Under the pieces are notes generated by a model. That model saw only the letters and a list, made by a program, of their open reading frames with translations, was not told the DNA's origin and ran no database searches. Positions 17,507 to 26,228 of a stretch of DNA of 64,000 nt are shown here, one piece after another. The stretch is from Desulfobacterales bacterium. GTDB lineage: Bacteria; Desulfobacterota; Desulfobacteria; Desulfobacterales; SURF-7. The DNA is taken from contig JAWOIJ010000090.1 of assembly GCA_046484745.1 (NCBI GenBank), forward strand, positions 42,877 through 106,876. The letters run 5' to 3'. How positions within the stretch are numbered: the stretch's first letter is position 1; each line of letters begins with the position of its first letter. A program made the position numbers and the translations under genes.

Positions 17507-18129
17507 GAGTAACTTCCCGCACTGTCTATGGGTTTTGCCATATGGATGACTTTTTCTCTGATTAAATGTTCAATGACTTCACAAACCGGCAGTCCAACTA
17601 CATTGGTATAGGAACCGCTGATCTGTTTTACAAGAAATGTACCAAGCCCCTGTATGGCATATGCACCGGCCTTGTCAAATGGTTCCTTTGTATGAACGTA
17701 CCATTCAATTTCTTCGTCCATCAACTCTTTGAAGTGAACATCGGTTTTAACGGTTTCAGAGAAAAAATGTTTTTCAGCCAAACATTGGATTGCATAGCCT
17801 GTAAAAACCTGATGGGTGCGTCCGCTGAGATGGAAAAGCATTTTCCGTGCTTCATCCCTTGAACAGGGCTTCCCGAGGATCGTTCCGTTAATCATTACGA
17901 TCGTGTCAGCTCCAATAACCCAGCTTCGAGGGTGTTGTCTTGAAATATCTTCCGCTTTAGACTCAGCCAGTACCCTGACATAGGTCTCCGGTTCGGACAT
18001 TTCAACAGTTCTTTCATCAAAGCCACTCGGTATAACAGAGAAGTTCAGCCCTGCCTGCTCAAGTAGATAGCGCCTTCGAGGTGATTTGGAAGCCAGAATC
18101 AAATCTGCTTGATGATAACAATTTTGCAT
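17503..18129 (-). CDS. maf: Maf-like nucleoside triphosphate pyrophosphatase
   Basis: 'LILASKSPRRRYLLEQAGLNF...GADTIV...KAGAYAIQG' matches the Maf family. Confidence 0.85.
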   Translation of the reverse strand: MQNCYHQADLILASKSPRRRYLLEQAGLNFSVIPSGFDERTVEMSEPETYVRVLAESKAEDISRQHPRSWVIGADTIVMINGTILGKPCSRDEARKMLFHLSGRTHQVFTGYAIQCLAEKHFFSETVKTDVHFKELMDEEIEWYVHTKEPFDKAGAYAIQGLGTFLVKQISGSYTNVVGLPVCEVIEHLIREKVIHMAKPIDSAGSYS

Positions 18130-18217
18130 GTGAAATTATTATCAGATGCGGTATGGTTTGACAAGAATCAAGCGGAAAAAGGTACTCATTCCGAAAGGGA
18201 ACGGCAATTTATGTTGA

Positions 18218-18997
18218 TTATCTGTTTTTTGAGTTCGTTTTAAGCCACCGGTGAAATTTAAAATTTTCAAATATAATGATACCTTTGAATATAAAAGGCA
18301 GAAAGCCGTTCAGGATGTTCAGACCCTGAAACAGCTTTGAAGGGAAAATGGAATTTTTTTCTTTGATCAGTCCCTTCAGAATCGCCGCCGATACTTTGGC
18401 AGCGGTTTGCGTGGGCCATGGAATCGGGGTTTTGGAGCCGGCCTGTTCAAAAAAATTTGTTCGTGTTCCGATGGGATATATCATCTGAAGCCTCTGGCCT
18501 TTTGAAAGTTCAGAGCGATAGCCTGTCGCAAACCCGTGAAGAGCGGCCTTTGTGGAGGAATATAGCGTGTAACCCGGATACGAGAGGAAGCTCATCGCAC
18601 TGGCAGTAATCGCAACACAAAAGGGTTTATCGCCATGCAGCGCTTTCATTTTTTCAGCCGCATAGATTCCCGAGAATACATTGGTTCGGTATATTTTATC
18701 GATTTCATCCCAGTCTGGGCATTCAATTTGACCGTAATAGGCAAAACCGGCGTTAGCGATATAGATATCGACGCTTCCTAATTTTTCCACCGCAAAATTA
18801 AACAGGTTGTCTATATTCTCCGGAGAGGAGATATCACACGGGTATTTGATAACATTGTCGTATTCTGCATCAATCTTATTAATCGTCCTTGCTGCCGCAA
18901 TAATATTACATGAGTATGATGCAAGTTTTTTTAAAAGATCCAGACCGATGCCGGAAGATGCTCCCGTCAGAATAATGTTTTTATTGTTCAGGTCCAT
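18218..18997 (-). CDS. Short-chain dehydrogenase/reductase (SDR)
   Basis: It has the cofactor motif 'ILTGASSGIG', 'NAG' and a catalytic 'YSSTK' (YxxxK). Confidence 0.8.
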   Translation of the reverse strand: MDLNNKNIILTGASSGIGLDLLKKLASYSCNIIAAARTINKIDAEYDNVIKYPCDISSPENIDNLFNFAVEKLGSVDIYIANAGFAYYGQIECPDWDEIDKIYRTNVFSGIYAAEKMKALHGDKPFCVAITASAMSFLSYPGYTLYSSTKAALHGFATGYRSELSKGQRLQMIYPIGTRTNFFEQAGSKTPIPWPTQTAAKVSAAILKGLIKEKNSIFPSKLFQGLNILNGFLPFIFKGIIIFENFKFHRWLKTNSKNR

Positions 18998-18999
18998 AT

Positions 19000-20580
19000 C
19001 TACTCCTTTACAGGTATTAGATCCATAGCTCTCTCCGCCATCGCAGTGATTGTAAGGCTTGGATTTACGCCTACATTCGCTGAAATCGCCGCTCCGTCAG
19101 CAACATAGATGCCGGGGCAGTTAAAAAGTTGATGATTGGTGTCGATAACACCATTTTCCGGGGATAAACCCATATGACATCCGCCAAGAATATGAGCCGT
19201 AAATGACAGGTTGCCCACGCTTTCCATAATTACATTCAAGGGCGTGCCGCCGGTAACCTTTGCCAGGCTGACGGCAGCCTGATTTGCAAGAGAGAGGTTG
19301 GTCGGTGCTTCCCTGCCGGAGACTTTTCCGGATTTAAGGCGTTTTTTTAAAAACAGAAAAACAAGGCTTCGACCGTATCTCAAGGTAACCCGATTGTCCA
19401 GATTCTGCATAACGGTTAATATGGTTGTCCGTTTGTGCCAGTTTTTTGCAAACCAGTTTTTAAGTAAAGGCACGGGATTGGTGAACATCTTTACGATGGT
19501 CAAAAAAGACCTGACAACTGGTTTTGGGTTGTCGACAAGCGGCCCGAAATACCATTTCATAAAGGTGTAGCCTTTTGGGAATCTGTTTTGCGTGATGTGT
19601 GTGTTCTGGTCCGGATAGAAGTCAGAAGAGATGGTTGACCCACGGGAAAGGTCGAGCTCCGGGTCAGGCGAGAGAGAGCCGACAACAGCTTCGCTGTTTG
19701 TTCTTACAACCCTTCCCAATCCCTGGGAGATGCCTGGAAGGGTTTTTGTCGTATCTCTGCATCGGAACAGCAGTTCCAATGTGCCGAGAACACCTGATGC
19801 GATCACAATCTTTCTGGCGGTTATCGGGAGGTATTGTTTGAATTTATTTACCGGATGTCTCATGACGACCTGGTATCTGCCGTTTTCCATCGGTATAATG
19901 TTAACTGCTTTTCTTTCAGGAAGAATTGTAGCACCCAGTTTTTGAGCGAGATAAAGGTAGTTTTTATCCAGGCTGTTTTTCGCACCATGAGGGCACCCGG
20001 TCAGGCATTCTCCGCAAAGGTGGCATCCGGTTCGAGAAGGTCCCTTCCCGTTAAAAAAGGGGTCTTCTATACGTATTTCGGGTGTCCCGAAATATATTCC
20101 CATCGGCGTGGGGCCAAATGTTGATTCGACTCCCATTTCTATCGCAGTCTGTTTCAAGAATTCATCCATTGTATCGAAGTGTGGATTTTTTACTATACCA
20201 AGCATATTGGAGGCTTTCTCATAGTAGGGAGCCATTTCCTTTTCCCAGTCTACGCCTAAATTGCTCCAGGAAGAATCTTTATAAAAATCATTTTTAGGTT
20301 TGAGAAGAACCGCGGCATATACCAAACTGCCTCCTCCGACACCAACACCCCCTACAATACCGAAATGTTTGAAAACGGTCTGGTTGAAGAATCCCGTCAG
20401 GCCGATATTGGGCATCCAGAAAAGTTTTTTCCGGTCATTGGCTGCCTCCAGCATATCACATGGGGTTACTTGCTTTCCCTGTTCGATTACAGCGACTGAG
20501 TAACCTTTTTCAGAAAGCCTTAAAGCTGATACACTGCCGCCGAATCCACTTCCAATGATGATGAAATCATAATTCATCAC
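19000..20580 (-). CDS. GMC-family (cholesterol-oxidase-like) FAD-dependent oxidoreductase
   Basis: The N-terminal 'DFIIIGSGFGGSVSALRLSEKGYSVAVIEQG' is an FAD motif. The C-terminal 'HILGGCHMG...VADGAAISANVGVNPSLTITAMAERA' is typical of the GMC C-terminal domain. It ends 2 nt upstream of the SDR start. Confidence 0.75.
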   Translation of the reverse strand: MMNYDFIIIGSGFGGSVSALRLSEKGYSVAVIEQGKQVTPCDMLEAANDRKKLFWMPNIGLTGFFNQTVFKHFGIVGGVGVGGGSLVYAAVLLKPKNDFYKDSSWSNLGVDWEKEMAPYYEKASNMLGIVKNPHFDTMDEFLKQTAIEMGVESTFGPTPMGIYFGTPEIRIEDPFFNGKGPSRTGCHLCGECLTGCPHGAKNSLDKNYLYLAQKLGATILPERKAVNIIPMENGRYQVVMRHPVNKFKQYLPITARKIVIASGVLGTLELLFRCRDTTKTLPGISQGLGRVVRTNSEAVVGSLSPDPELDLSRGSTISSDFYPDQNTHITQNRFPKGYTFMKWYFGPLVDNPKPVVRSFLTIVKMFTNPVPLLKNWFAKNWHKRTTILTVMQNLDNRVTLRYGRSLVFLFLKKRLKSGKVSGREAPTNLSLANQAAVSLAKVTGGTPLNVIMESVGNLSFTAHILGGCHMGLSPENGVIDTNHQLFNCPGIYVADGAAISANVGVNPSLTITAMAERAMDLIPVKE

Positions 20581-20613
20581 ATCTTTCCTTTATGATTGCA
20601 GCCTGGATTCATT

Positions 20614-21072
20614 TCAAGAATCTTTGCGGACACACAAGATTCTTTCCATATGAATTGCGGTTTCGATAAAAGATCTGATCTGATCTTCATTGAATTCATC
20701 CAGATTGTTCGAAATGATTTCAAAAGTATGCTCCTCCACATCCCGGACAATCTTTTCCCCTTTTGATTTTAGAGAGACGAGCATAATCCGTTTGTCTTTC
20801 CGGTCTTTTTTCCTTGAGATGAGCCCTCTGGCTTCTATTCGGTCAACCATTCTTGTAGCCGTGCTGATGGGAATATTCATTTCCTCTGCAATTTCAGCCA
20901 TTTTTGCCGGTGAGTGTCTGCGCAAGAACTGCAGTAGAAAAATAGCCTCATAATTCAGTCCAAACCTTGCAACCTTGGCAATCTCAAATTTGTGAACAGA
21001 CCGCAGAGAGTTAAACAGAACCTCGTCAAGCGCATCACGAGGAATCCGGGACAATGGATTTTTCGGGTTCAT
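20614..21072 (-). CDS. MarR family transcriptional regulator
   Basis: It has a winged-helix region, 'FLLQFLRRHSPAKMAEIAEEMNIPISTATRMVDRIEARGLISRKKDRKDKRIMLVSLKSKG'. The start was moved to the internal ATG at 21072 ('MNPKNPLS'), which is preceded by GGGAAAG. Confidence 0.8.
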   Translation of the reverse strand: MNPKNPLSRIPRDALDEVLFNSLRSVHKFEIAKVARFGLNYEAIFLLQFLRRHSPAKMAEIAEEMNIPISTATRMVDRIEARGLISRKKDRKDKRIMLVSLKSKGEKIVRDVEEHTFEIISNNLDEFNEDQIRSFIETAIHMERILCVRKDS

Positions 21073-21409
21073 ATCTTTCCCATATTTAAATTGTTTCCAA
21101 AATGCAAGGAATATTTTATAATGATATTGACTGGTAATGATAACTTTGTTGCACAACTCGTGTTGAGATTCTTTCTGTGATCATGATATTTCCCCTGCTT
21201 TGCAACAGATGAGCGCGCTCATGGGAACAGGGTTTCCATTGAAGGTTTTTGGTTTAGAACACGATATATGCCGGGATGAATCATTTTTATCTTTGAGTTG
21301 TTCCAAATAGGATGGTATGGCGATTGTGATGCCGTGTGCACCATGCATGATGACGGAAAATTTGATGAGAAAACCACTTTACCGTTCTGGATGAGGAGAT
21401 CATCGGCAA

Positions 21410-22294
21410 ATGGAGGAAAAACATTTTGGCCCTGTGTGGTTCATTCCGGGGAGAAACAACGGCAAGTATCCGTATTGCCATTCCGTCTATATAGAAGGCG
21501 CAGGAGTGCTTATCGATCCCGCCTCGGATAGGGAAAGGCTGATAGAACTCAGGAAGAAGTCTGACGTAAAAGAGATTTGGCTGAGCCATTGGCATGAAGA
21601 TCATTTTATGCATCTGGACTTGTTCGATGATCTGCCGCTATGCATTATGGAGCAGGATTCGCTTCCTCTTTCCGATCTTGAGGTCTTTATGGATTCATAC
21701 GGGGTCGATGAAGAATACCGGGAATTCTGGCGCCCCCTTTACCATGATTTGTTCAATTTCCGTCCGAGAAAACCGGCAAGGTTTTTAAAGGATGGCGAGA
21801 TTATGGACCTTGGCTCGGTCACCGTGGAGGTTATCAATACACCGGGACATACCCCGGGTCATCTCGCATTGTTTTTTCAAGAAGTTGGTTTGCTTTATAT
21901 GGCTGATTACGATCTTTCAAGCTTTGGACCATGGTATGGTGATGTCGACTCCAGCATCAGGAAAACCATCACTTCCGTCCAAAAGCTTCAAAAAATTCCC
22001 GCAAAAATATGGATTACTTCTCATGAACAGGGTGTTTTTGAGGAGGAACCCGAAGAGTTATGGGAACAGTATATCGGCGTGATTCATTCAAGAGAGCGGA
22101 AACTGTTAAACCTGCTTGAAAAACCAAGAGCTTTTCAAGAAATCGTCGAAGCATGCATTGTTTATGGAAAACCTCGAAAACCAGCTTATTTTTTTGAGTT
22201 TGGGGAAAAGGCCCATATGAGAAAACATCTGGAAAAACTTCTTCATGAAGGTACGGTTTTAATGGAGGATGGCCGGTATTTTTCCTGTTTGTGA
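21410..22294 (+). CDS. MBL-fold metallo-hydrolase
   Basis: It has the HxHxDH motif 'SHWHEDHF' and 'INTPGHTPGH'. Confidence 0.75.
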   Translation: MEEKHFGPVWFIPGRNNGKYPYCHSVYIEGAGVLIDPASDRERLIELRKKSDVKEIWLSHWHEDHFMHLDLFDDLPLCIMEQDSLPLSDLEVFMDSYGVDEEYREFWRPLYHDLFNFRPRKPARFLKDGEIMDLGSVTVEVINTPGHTPGHLALFFQEVGLLYMADYDLSSFGPWYGDVDSSIRKTITSVQKLQKIPAKIWITSHEQGVFEEEPEELWEQYIGVIHSRERKLLNLLEKPRAFQEIVEACIVYGKPRKPAYFFEFGEKAHMRKHLEKLLHEGTVLMEDGRYFSCL

Positions 22295-22654
22295 ACCAGG
22301 GATCTTGAAACCAGGCAGTCAAAAAACATCTGCAGTATATCCCGTTGGTTAAAGTGAGCTTTTTGGATATACTATTTGAGTTTGGCTGCAACCTGTGTTA
22401 GGAATTCGGATATCAACAATACGATTGTACAGTGCGCGATTTTTTCACAAAGTACTCCTTTCCAATCATTAAAATCAGAGCAGCTCAGTTGGGTTTGGAA
22501 TGCGAATACCCGCCACAAGCTGTTTTTTTCGGAATCAATCTCTGAACCGGATTGAATGGAGGCTGGTTTCAAGAGGCGCTATTCGTAATCCAGACAGCGA
22601 TTTTGAAGGCGCACGGATTCTGTCTCTGAAGACAGTCTTCGAGGCAGCTCAAAA

Positions 22655-24487
22655 TTAACGAAAAGGGCGGTTGGTGGGCCGATGGTAACTGCTGATCCTG
22701 AGTGTCCGCCCGGATTTTGCCGGCCGATCCTCAAAACTGGTAAAAAGCGAATTCATTTTTTCAGCTGTTTCAGCATATTTAATTGAAATTTCATTTCTGA
22801 AATCGACGTGTATTTTTTTTATTTGCCGGTTTAGCGCTGTCAGTATTTTTTTTCTCTTCTCCCACAGGTTCACAATGCCCTCTATCCCTTCCACAGAATT
22901 GTCAACTACCGTGGTTGAATACTGGCTAATCTGATCTCTCATCTTGCTGTATTCAGCATCTAAGTTGGAGGAGACCCGTTCAATTTTAAGCGTCTCCTGA
23001 GTGATAGTGTGAAAATGATGGCCGATTATCGCATATCGTATGACTTCTCCGAAAATATTAAAGTGCCGGAACAGGTTTTGTGAAACAAATTTCAGATATT
23101 GATATCCATAGGATGTAAAAGGCTGATAAACTAACGACTTGAAAAGCATCAGCATCTCACTTAACCCGATTTTCCTTTGAAAATGGGTAACATCGCCGAG
23201 CCTGTCCATCAGCCTGTTGCATCGAGTGAAATAATTTTTTAAATTCGAGTCATAAATAGAGGACAGGATTTTTTCATAGCCCTGTTTTAAGGTTTCCTCG
23301 TTCATTTTTGTAATAAAATTTGCGGTCAAATTATGCGTATTGTTGCCGTCAGAATGAAACAGAATTCTGCCTTCGGATTCCAGTCGGTTGTATAGATCGG
23401 TTCCCGGAAGGGCCATCAGAATCCCGACCATGGCCTGAGGAATTCCGGCCTGTTGAATGAAGTCGATCTGTCGATCAAAAATATCATTGGTATCACTGTC
23501 AAATCCAATTATAAACCCCGCCATGACTTCTATCCCATGGGTCTGGATTGTTTTGACAGCTTCTTTCATGTCTGTTCTCAGATTCTGTTTTTTGCCCGTT
23601 TCTTTGAGAGCGTTGGCATCGGGCGTCTCAATTCCAACAAAAACTTCCGTAAAGCCCGCCTGCTTCATTCCGCTTAAGAGATTTTTGTCTTCAGCGATGT
23701 TGATGCTAACCTCTGTAAAAAGGGTGAATGGGTATTTATGTTTCTCCTGCCAGTTTTTCAAGGCAGGCAAAAGTTCCTTTTTGACTCTTTTTTTATTTCC
23801 GATGAAGTTGTCGTCGACAATAAACAAGGCACCTCGCCAGCCGAGCCCGTATAGCGTATCGAGTTCTGAAATCAATTGAAGGTGTCCTTTTAACCGCGGT
23901 TTATTTCCATATACTTTCCATATGTCACAAAATTCACATTTAAAAGGGCATCCTCTTGAATACTGTACCGACATGGTGCCGTATGCATTCATATCCAAAA
24001 GATCGAACCTTGGTATAACCGAATTGGTTATATCAGGCCTTTTTGAAATCCGGTATGCCGCTGCGGCATTTCCAGATTCAATTTCCATCAGGATTTCATG
24101 GAACACATCTTCTACTTCACCCAAAACAAAATGATCAACCCCTTGAATCTCCTCGTGGCTTGAGGTCGGATAGGGACCTCCGGCAATAACAGGGGTTTTC
24201 ATCCGGTTGCATATTTCAACTACCCGGGCCATTGAATCTTTCTGGACAATCATTGCAGAGATAAAAACATAATCGGCTTCTTGAACGTCTTTTTCATCAA
24301 GGGTTTCGATATTCATATCAACAAGCTTTAATTTGTAGTTATCCGGAATAAGGGCGGCCAGCGTTATGAGGCCTAATGGGGGCATCGTGCTTTTTTTTCT
24401 GATGAACCGGAGGGCGTATTTAAAGCTCCAGTAAGTGTTATTTGGGATTTCAGGATATACCAGGAGAATATTTTTAGACTGATTCAT
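22655..24487 (-). CDS. B12-binding-domain radical SAM protein (DUF4070-like C-terminal extension)
   Basis: An N-terminal Rossmann/B12-like region ('ILLVYPE...LGLITLAALIP...DYVFISAMI') is followed by a radical SAM Cys motif, 'YSRGCPFKCEFCDI'. The start was moved to ATG 24487 ('MNQSKNILLVYPE'), which is preceded by AAGGAGTG. The track start at 24619 adds 44 implausible residues. Confidence 0.85.
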   Translation of the reverse strand: MNQSKNILLVYPEIPNNTYWSFKYALRFIRKKSTMPPLGLITLAALIPDNYKLKLVDMNIETLDEKDVQEADYVFISAMIVQKDSMARVVEICNRMKTPVIAGGPYPTSSHEEIQGVDHFVLGEVEDVFHEILMEIESGNAAAAYRISKRPDITNSVIPRFDLLDMNAYGTMSVQYSRGCPFKCEFCDIWKVYGNKPRLKGHLQLISELDTLYGLGWRGALFIVDDNFIGNKKRVKKELLPALKNWQEKHKYPFTLFTEVSINIAEDKNLLSGMKQAGFTEVFVGIETPDANALKETGKKQNLRTDMKEAVKTIQTHGIEVMAGFIIGFDSDTNDIFDRQIDFIQQAGIPQAMVGILMALPGTDLYNRLESEGRILFHSDGNNTHNLTANFITKMNEETLKQGYEKILSSIYDSNLKNYFTRCNRLMDRLGDVTHFQRKIGLSEMLMLFKSLVYQPFTSYGYQYLKFVSQNLFRHFNIFGEVIRYAIIGHHFHTITQETLKIERVSSNLDAEYSKMRDQISQYSTTVVDNSVEGIEGIVNLWEKRKKILTALNRQIKKIHVDFRNEISIKYAETAEKMNSLFTSFEDRPAKSGRTLRISSYHRPTNRPFR

Positions 24488-24891
24488 ACGATTCACTCCT
24501 TGAAAATAAAAAAAGAAAACTTTTTTCCAGAGATAATAATCCAGAATCGATGGGTGGTTCTGAATGATAGCATTTTTACTGTGATGGTGATTTCCGCAAA
24601 TCGCATACGTATAAAACATACTACCTAAGATACCGAAAAAGCAAAAGCTCCTTTTTAAGGTTTTACAAAAATTTTACAGTATCAACGGAGATATGTTCCC
24701 GTGGCGTATCATTTTTTAAAAAAAGGCTAAGCGTTTGAGAGCGTACAACAGGGTTTTGTAAGCAGCTGAAAAATGCCTCTTCTCTATCGATGTATCCATG
24801 TTTTTTTAAAAAAGATTTAAGCAACACTCCGCTTGACACCGGACACGCACTCTGATTTGATAACGTAAAATGGTTCAAGGAGGAAACCGTG

Positions 24892-25200
24892 ATGAGCGAG
24901 ATCGTCAGAAAGGGTAATCTGGTCATCATAAGCCCGGGACAGGATTTGGTAAATTCAACGGCCGATAAATTTATTCAGGAACTTAAAGATGAGATCAGGA
25001 AGTCACCTTCAGAAATCATAATCGATCTTTCGGGGGTGGAAAAAATTGATTCAGTGGGTTTTAGTGTGATTATTGCCGCGCACAATTCCATGAAAAAAAT
25101 TAACGGTAAAATAATCGTGGCCAATGTTGACAGTAATCTTTATAAGGCATTTGTTACGATGCGTCTTGACAGCCACTTTTCTGTCGAGAAAGAACGTTAA
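24892..25200 (+). CDS. STAS-domain protein (anti-sigma-factor-antagonist-like)
   Basis: 'IIIDLSGVEKIDSVGFSVIIAAHNSMKKINGKIIVANVDSNLYKAFVTMRLDSHF' matches a STAS domain. A strong AAGGAGG RBS lies 8 nt before ATG 24892. Confidence 0.8.
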   Translation: MSEIVRKGNLVIISPGQDLVNSTADKFIQELKDEIRKSPSEIIIDLSGVEKIDSVGFSVIIAAHNSMKKINGKIIVANVDSNLYKAFVTMRLDSHFSVEKER

Positions 25201-25439
25201 TCTTATCTGCCTCACCATTGTTCAGGACGGCTTTTATAATTTTTTTATGTAAGCCGCTTCCCAAAAAAATTACTCTTTTTTCAGTAAAAGTTGATAATTT
25301 ATTACACAATCCCCCGCTGTATGCTTTGGGTATAATTCTTTAACATGCTGAAAAAACAGTTTAAAACACGTAACACGCCAAATGGCATGATAGTTGAAAG
25401 ATAAAATTTCAAAAACCCGTCAGACCATATCGGTTCTTT

Positions 25440-25649
25440 GAAAGAATACATGGCTGAACATAAAATGCCACCTGATCACGAAACCCTTTGCAACGATGCG
25501 ATGGTGATCCCTCCGAATGTTTGCGAAGATTAAAATTGGGTGGCATTTGCCGCAAGCTTCGGGGGTGTGCGTACATGGTAGCAGCATCACAGGAAGCTTG
25601 TTCTAAAAAAGGGGCGGAGCATCGAAGTAATGCGCCGCCTCTTTTTTTT
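25440..25649 (+). ncRNA. Candidate small or structured RNA (or a long structured 3' UTR of the STAS gene), ending in a strong intrinsic terminator
   Basis: No convincing ORF is present. A 10-bp perfect inverted repeat (25463-25472 and 25539-25548) encloses a nested 6-bp stem (25474-25479 and 25504-25509). Terminators follow at 25605-25649 and 25659-25681. The 5' end is not defined. Confidence 0.25.
25605..25649 (+). terminator. Rho-independent terminator (A-tract / GC stem / T8, potentially bidirectional)
   Basis: The stem is GGCGGAGCAT (25613-25622) paired with ATGCGCCGCC (25630-25639), with one mismatch and a 7-nt loop. It is flanked by A6 upstream and T8 (25642-25649) downstream. Confidence 0.6.
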
Positions 25650-25658
25650 GGGGGAATT

Positions 25659-25681
25659 GCCGGTTCGGATTACCGGTTTTT
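25659..25681 (+). terminator. Second, weaker terminator-like hairpin in tandem
   Basis: CCGGT (25660-25664) pairs with ACCGG (25672-25676) around a 7-nt loop, followed by T5. Confidence 0.3.
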
Positions 25682-25887
25682 CATGTCATCATCGTGGTTG
25701 CTTTGTCCCCTAACCGTTTTCCAATTCATGCGTTTTCTCAGCGATCAGGCGATCTCAGAGCGAAGTCTATCAAGGGCATTTGGAAGATACTTTTCATGAA
25801 TTCAAGTGCCGGATTTGAAGCTGCCTGAAGGAGAATGAATTTCAGGGAAATACTTCTGGAATCATCGCTTTGCTACCGGCCGGTCAT

Positions 25888-25923
25888 AAAAAAAAGGCAG
25901 AAGCGATAGATCATGCTTCTGCC
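25888..25923 (-). terminator. Minus-strand-oriented intrinsic terminator with no obvious gene to terminate
   Basis: A perfect 9-bp stem, GGCAGAAGC (25896-25904) with GCTTCTGCC (25915-25923), has a 10-nt loop. On the plus strand it is preceded by A8 (25888-25895), which reads as a U-tail on the minus strand. Confidence 0.5.
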
Positions 25924-25967
25924 TGAAAGGGGATAATGATGAAAAAGGCGCGATAAAGATCCATTTC

Positions 25968-25996
25968 TTGACACCACGGGATCAAGTCGCTATATA
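25968..25996 (+). promoter_or_regulatory. Near-consensus sigma70-type promoter
   Basis: TTGACA (25968-25973), a 17-nt spacer, then TATATA (25991-25996). It lies about 300 nt upstream of the Na/Pi cotransporter start. Confidence 0.5.
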
Positions 25997-26205
25997 CCCT
26001 ACCAAACGGGATTGATTTTTCTCGCGCCGCCTCTCTTGAGGCAGATGACAAAGCACAGAGGATGCGGTTGCAGAAAAACCTAGAAACGGTTGGATTCCAG
26101 TTCTGTCCATTGTTGTTCGTTCGTGGATGACGTTTTATCCAATATCCATTTTTCCATGTATATCTTTAAACCGAGTTTTCAACTATCTGAAATTGTTTAA
26201 GGTAT

Positions 26206-26228
26206 AATCCGAAATGTTCGGATTTTTT
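26206..26228 (+). terminator. Terminator/attenuator-like hairpin inside the leader of the Na/Pi cotransporter gene
   Basis: AATCCGAA (26206-26213) pairs with TTCGGATT (26217-26224), with the T-run continuing to 26228. It lies 68 nt upstream of ATG 26296. A TATAAT (26203-26208) overlaps the left arm. Confidence 0.4.

Noticed and set aside
22303-22574. A 12-nt inverted repeat (TCTTGAAACCAG at 22303-22314 and CTGGTTTCAAGA at 22563-22574) flanks about 250 bp of non-coding DNA between the convergent MBL and radical SAM genes. It looked like possible MITE-like terminal repeats.
   Set aside because: The arms do not extend beyond 12 nt, there are no target-site duplications, and there is no second copy in the window. 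About 64,000 x 300 position pairs against 4^12 sequences means roughly one such repeat is expected by chance in a window this size.
24833-24863. A TTGACA at 24833-24838 lies upstream of the STAS gene and could be its promoter.
   Set aside because: No acceptable -10 hexamer lies at a 16-19 nt spacing (only TTTGAT, TTGATA and TGATAA), so it is not reported as a feature.
25488-25799. A 103-aa ORF in the track lies inside the gene-free region.
   Set aside because: It has a TTG start and no RBS. It runs straight through two intrinsic terminators and has an odd composition with no recognisable motif. It is most likely non-coding.
26102-26125. A Pho-box-like 'CTGTCCA' half-site lies in the leader of the Na/Pi cotransporter gene.
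   Set aside because: Only one degenerate 7-mer is present. No second direct repeat occurs at the 11-bp periodicity that PhoB-type boxes require.
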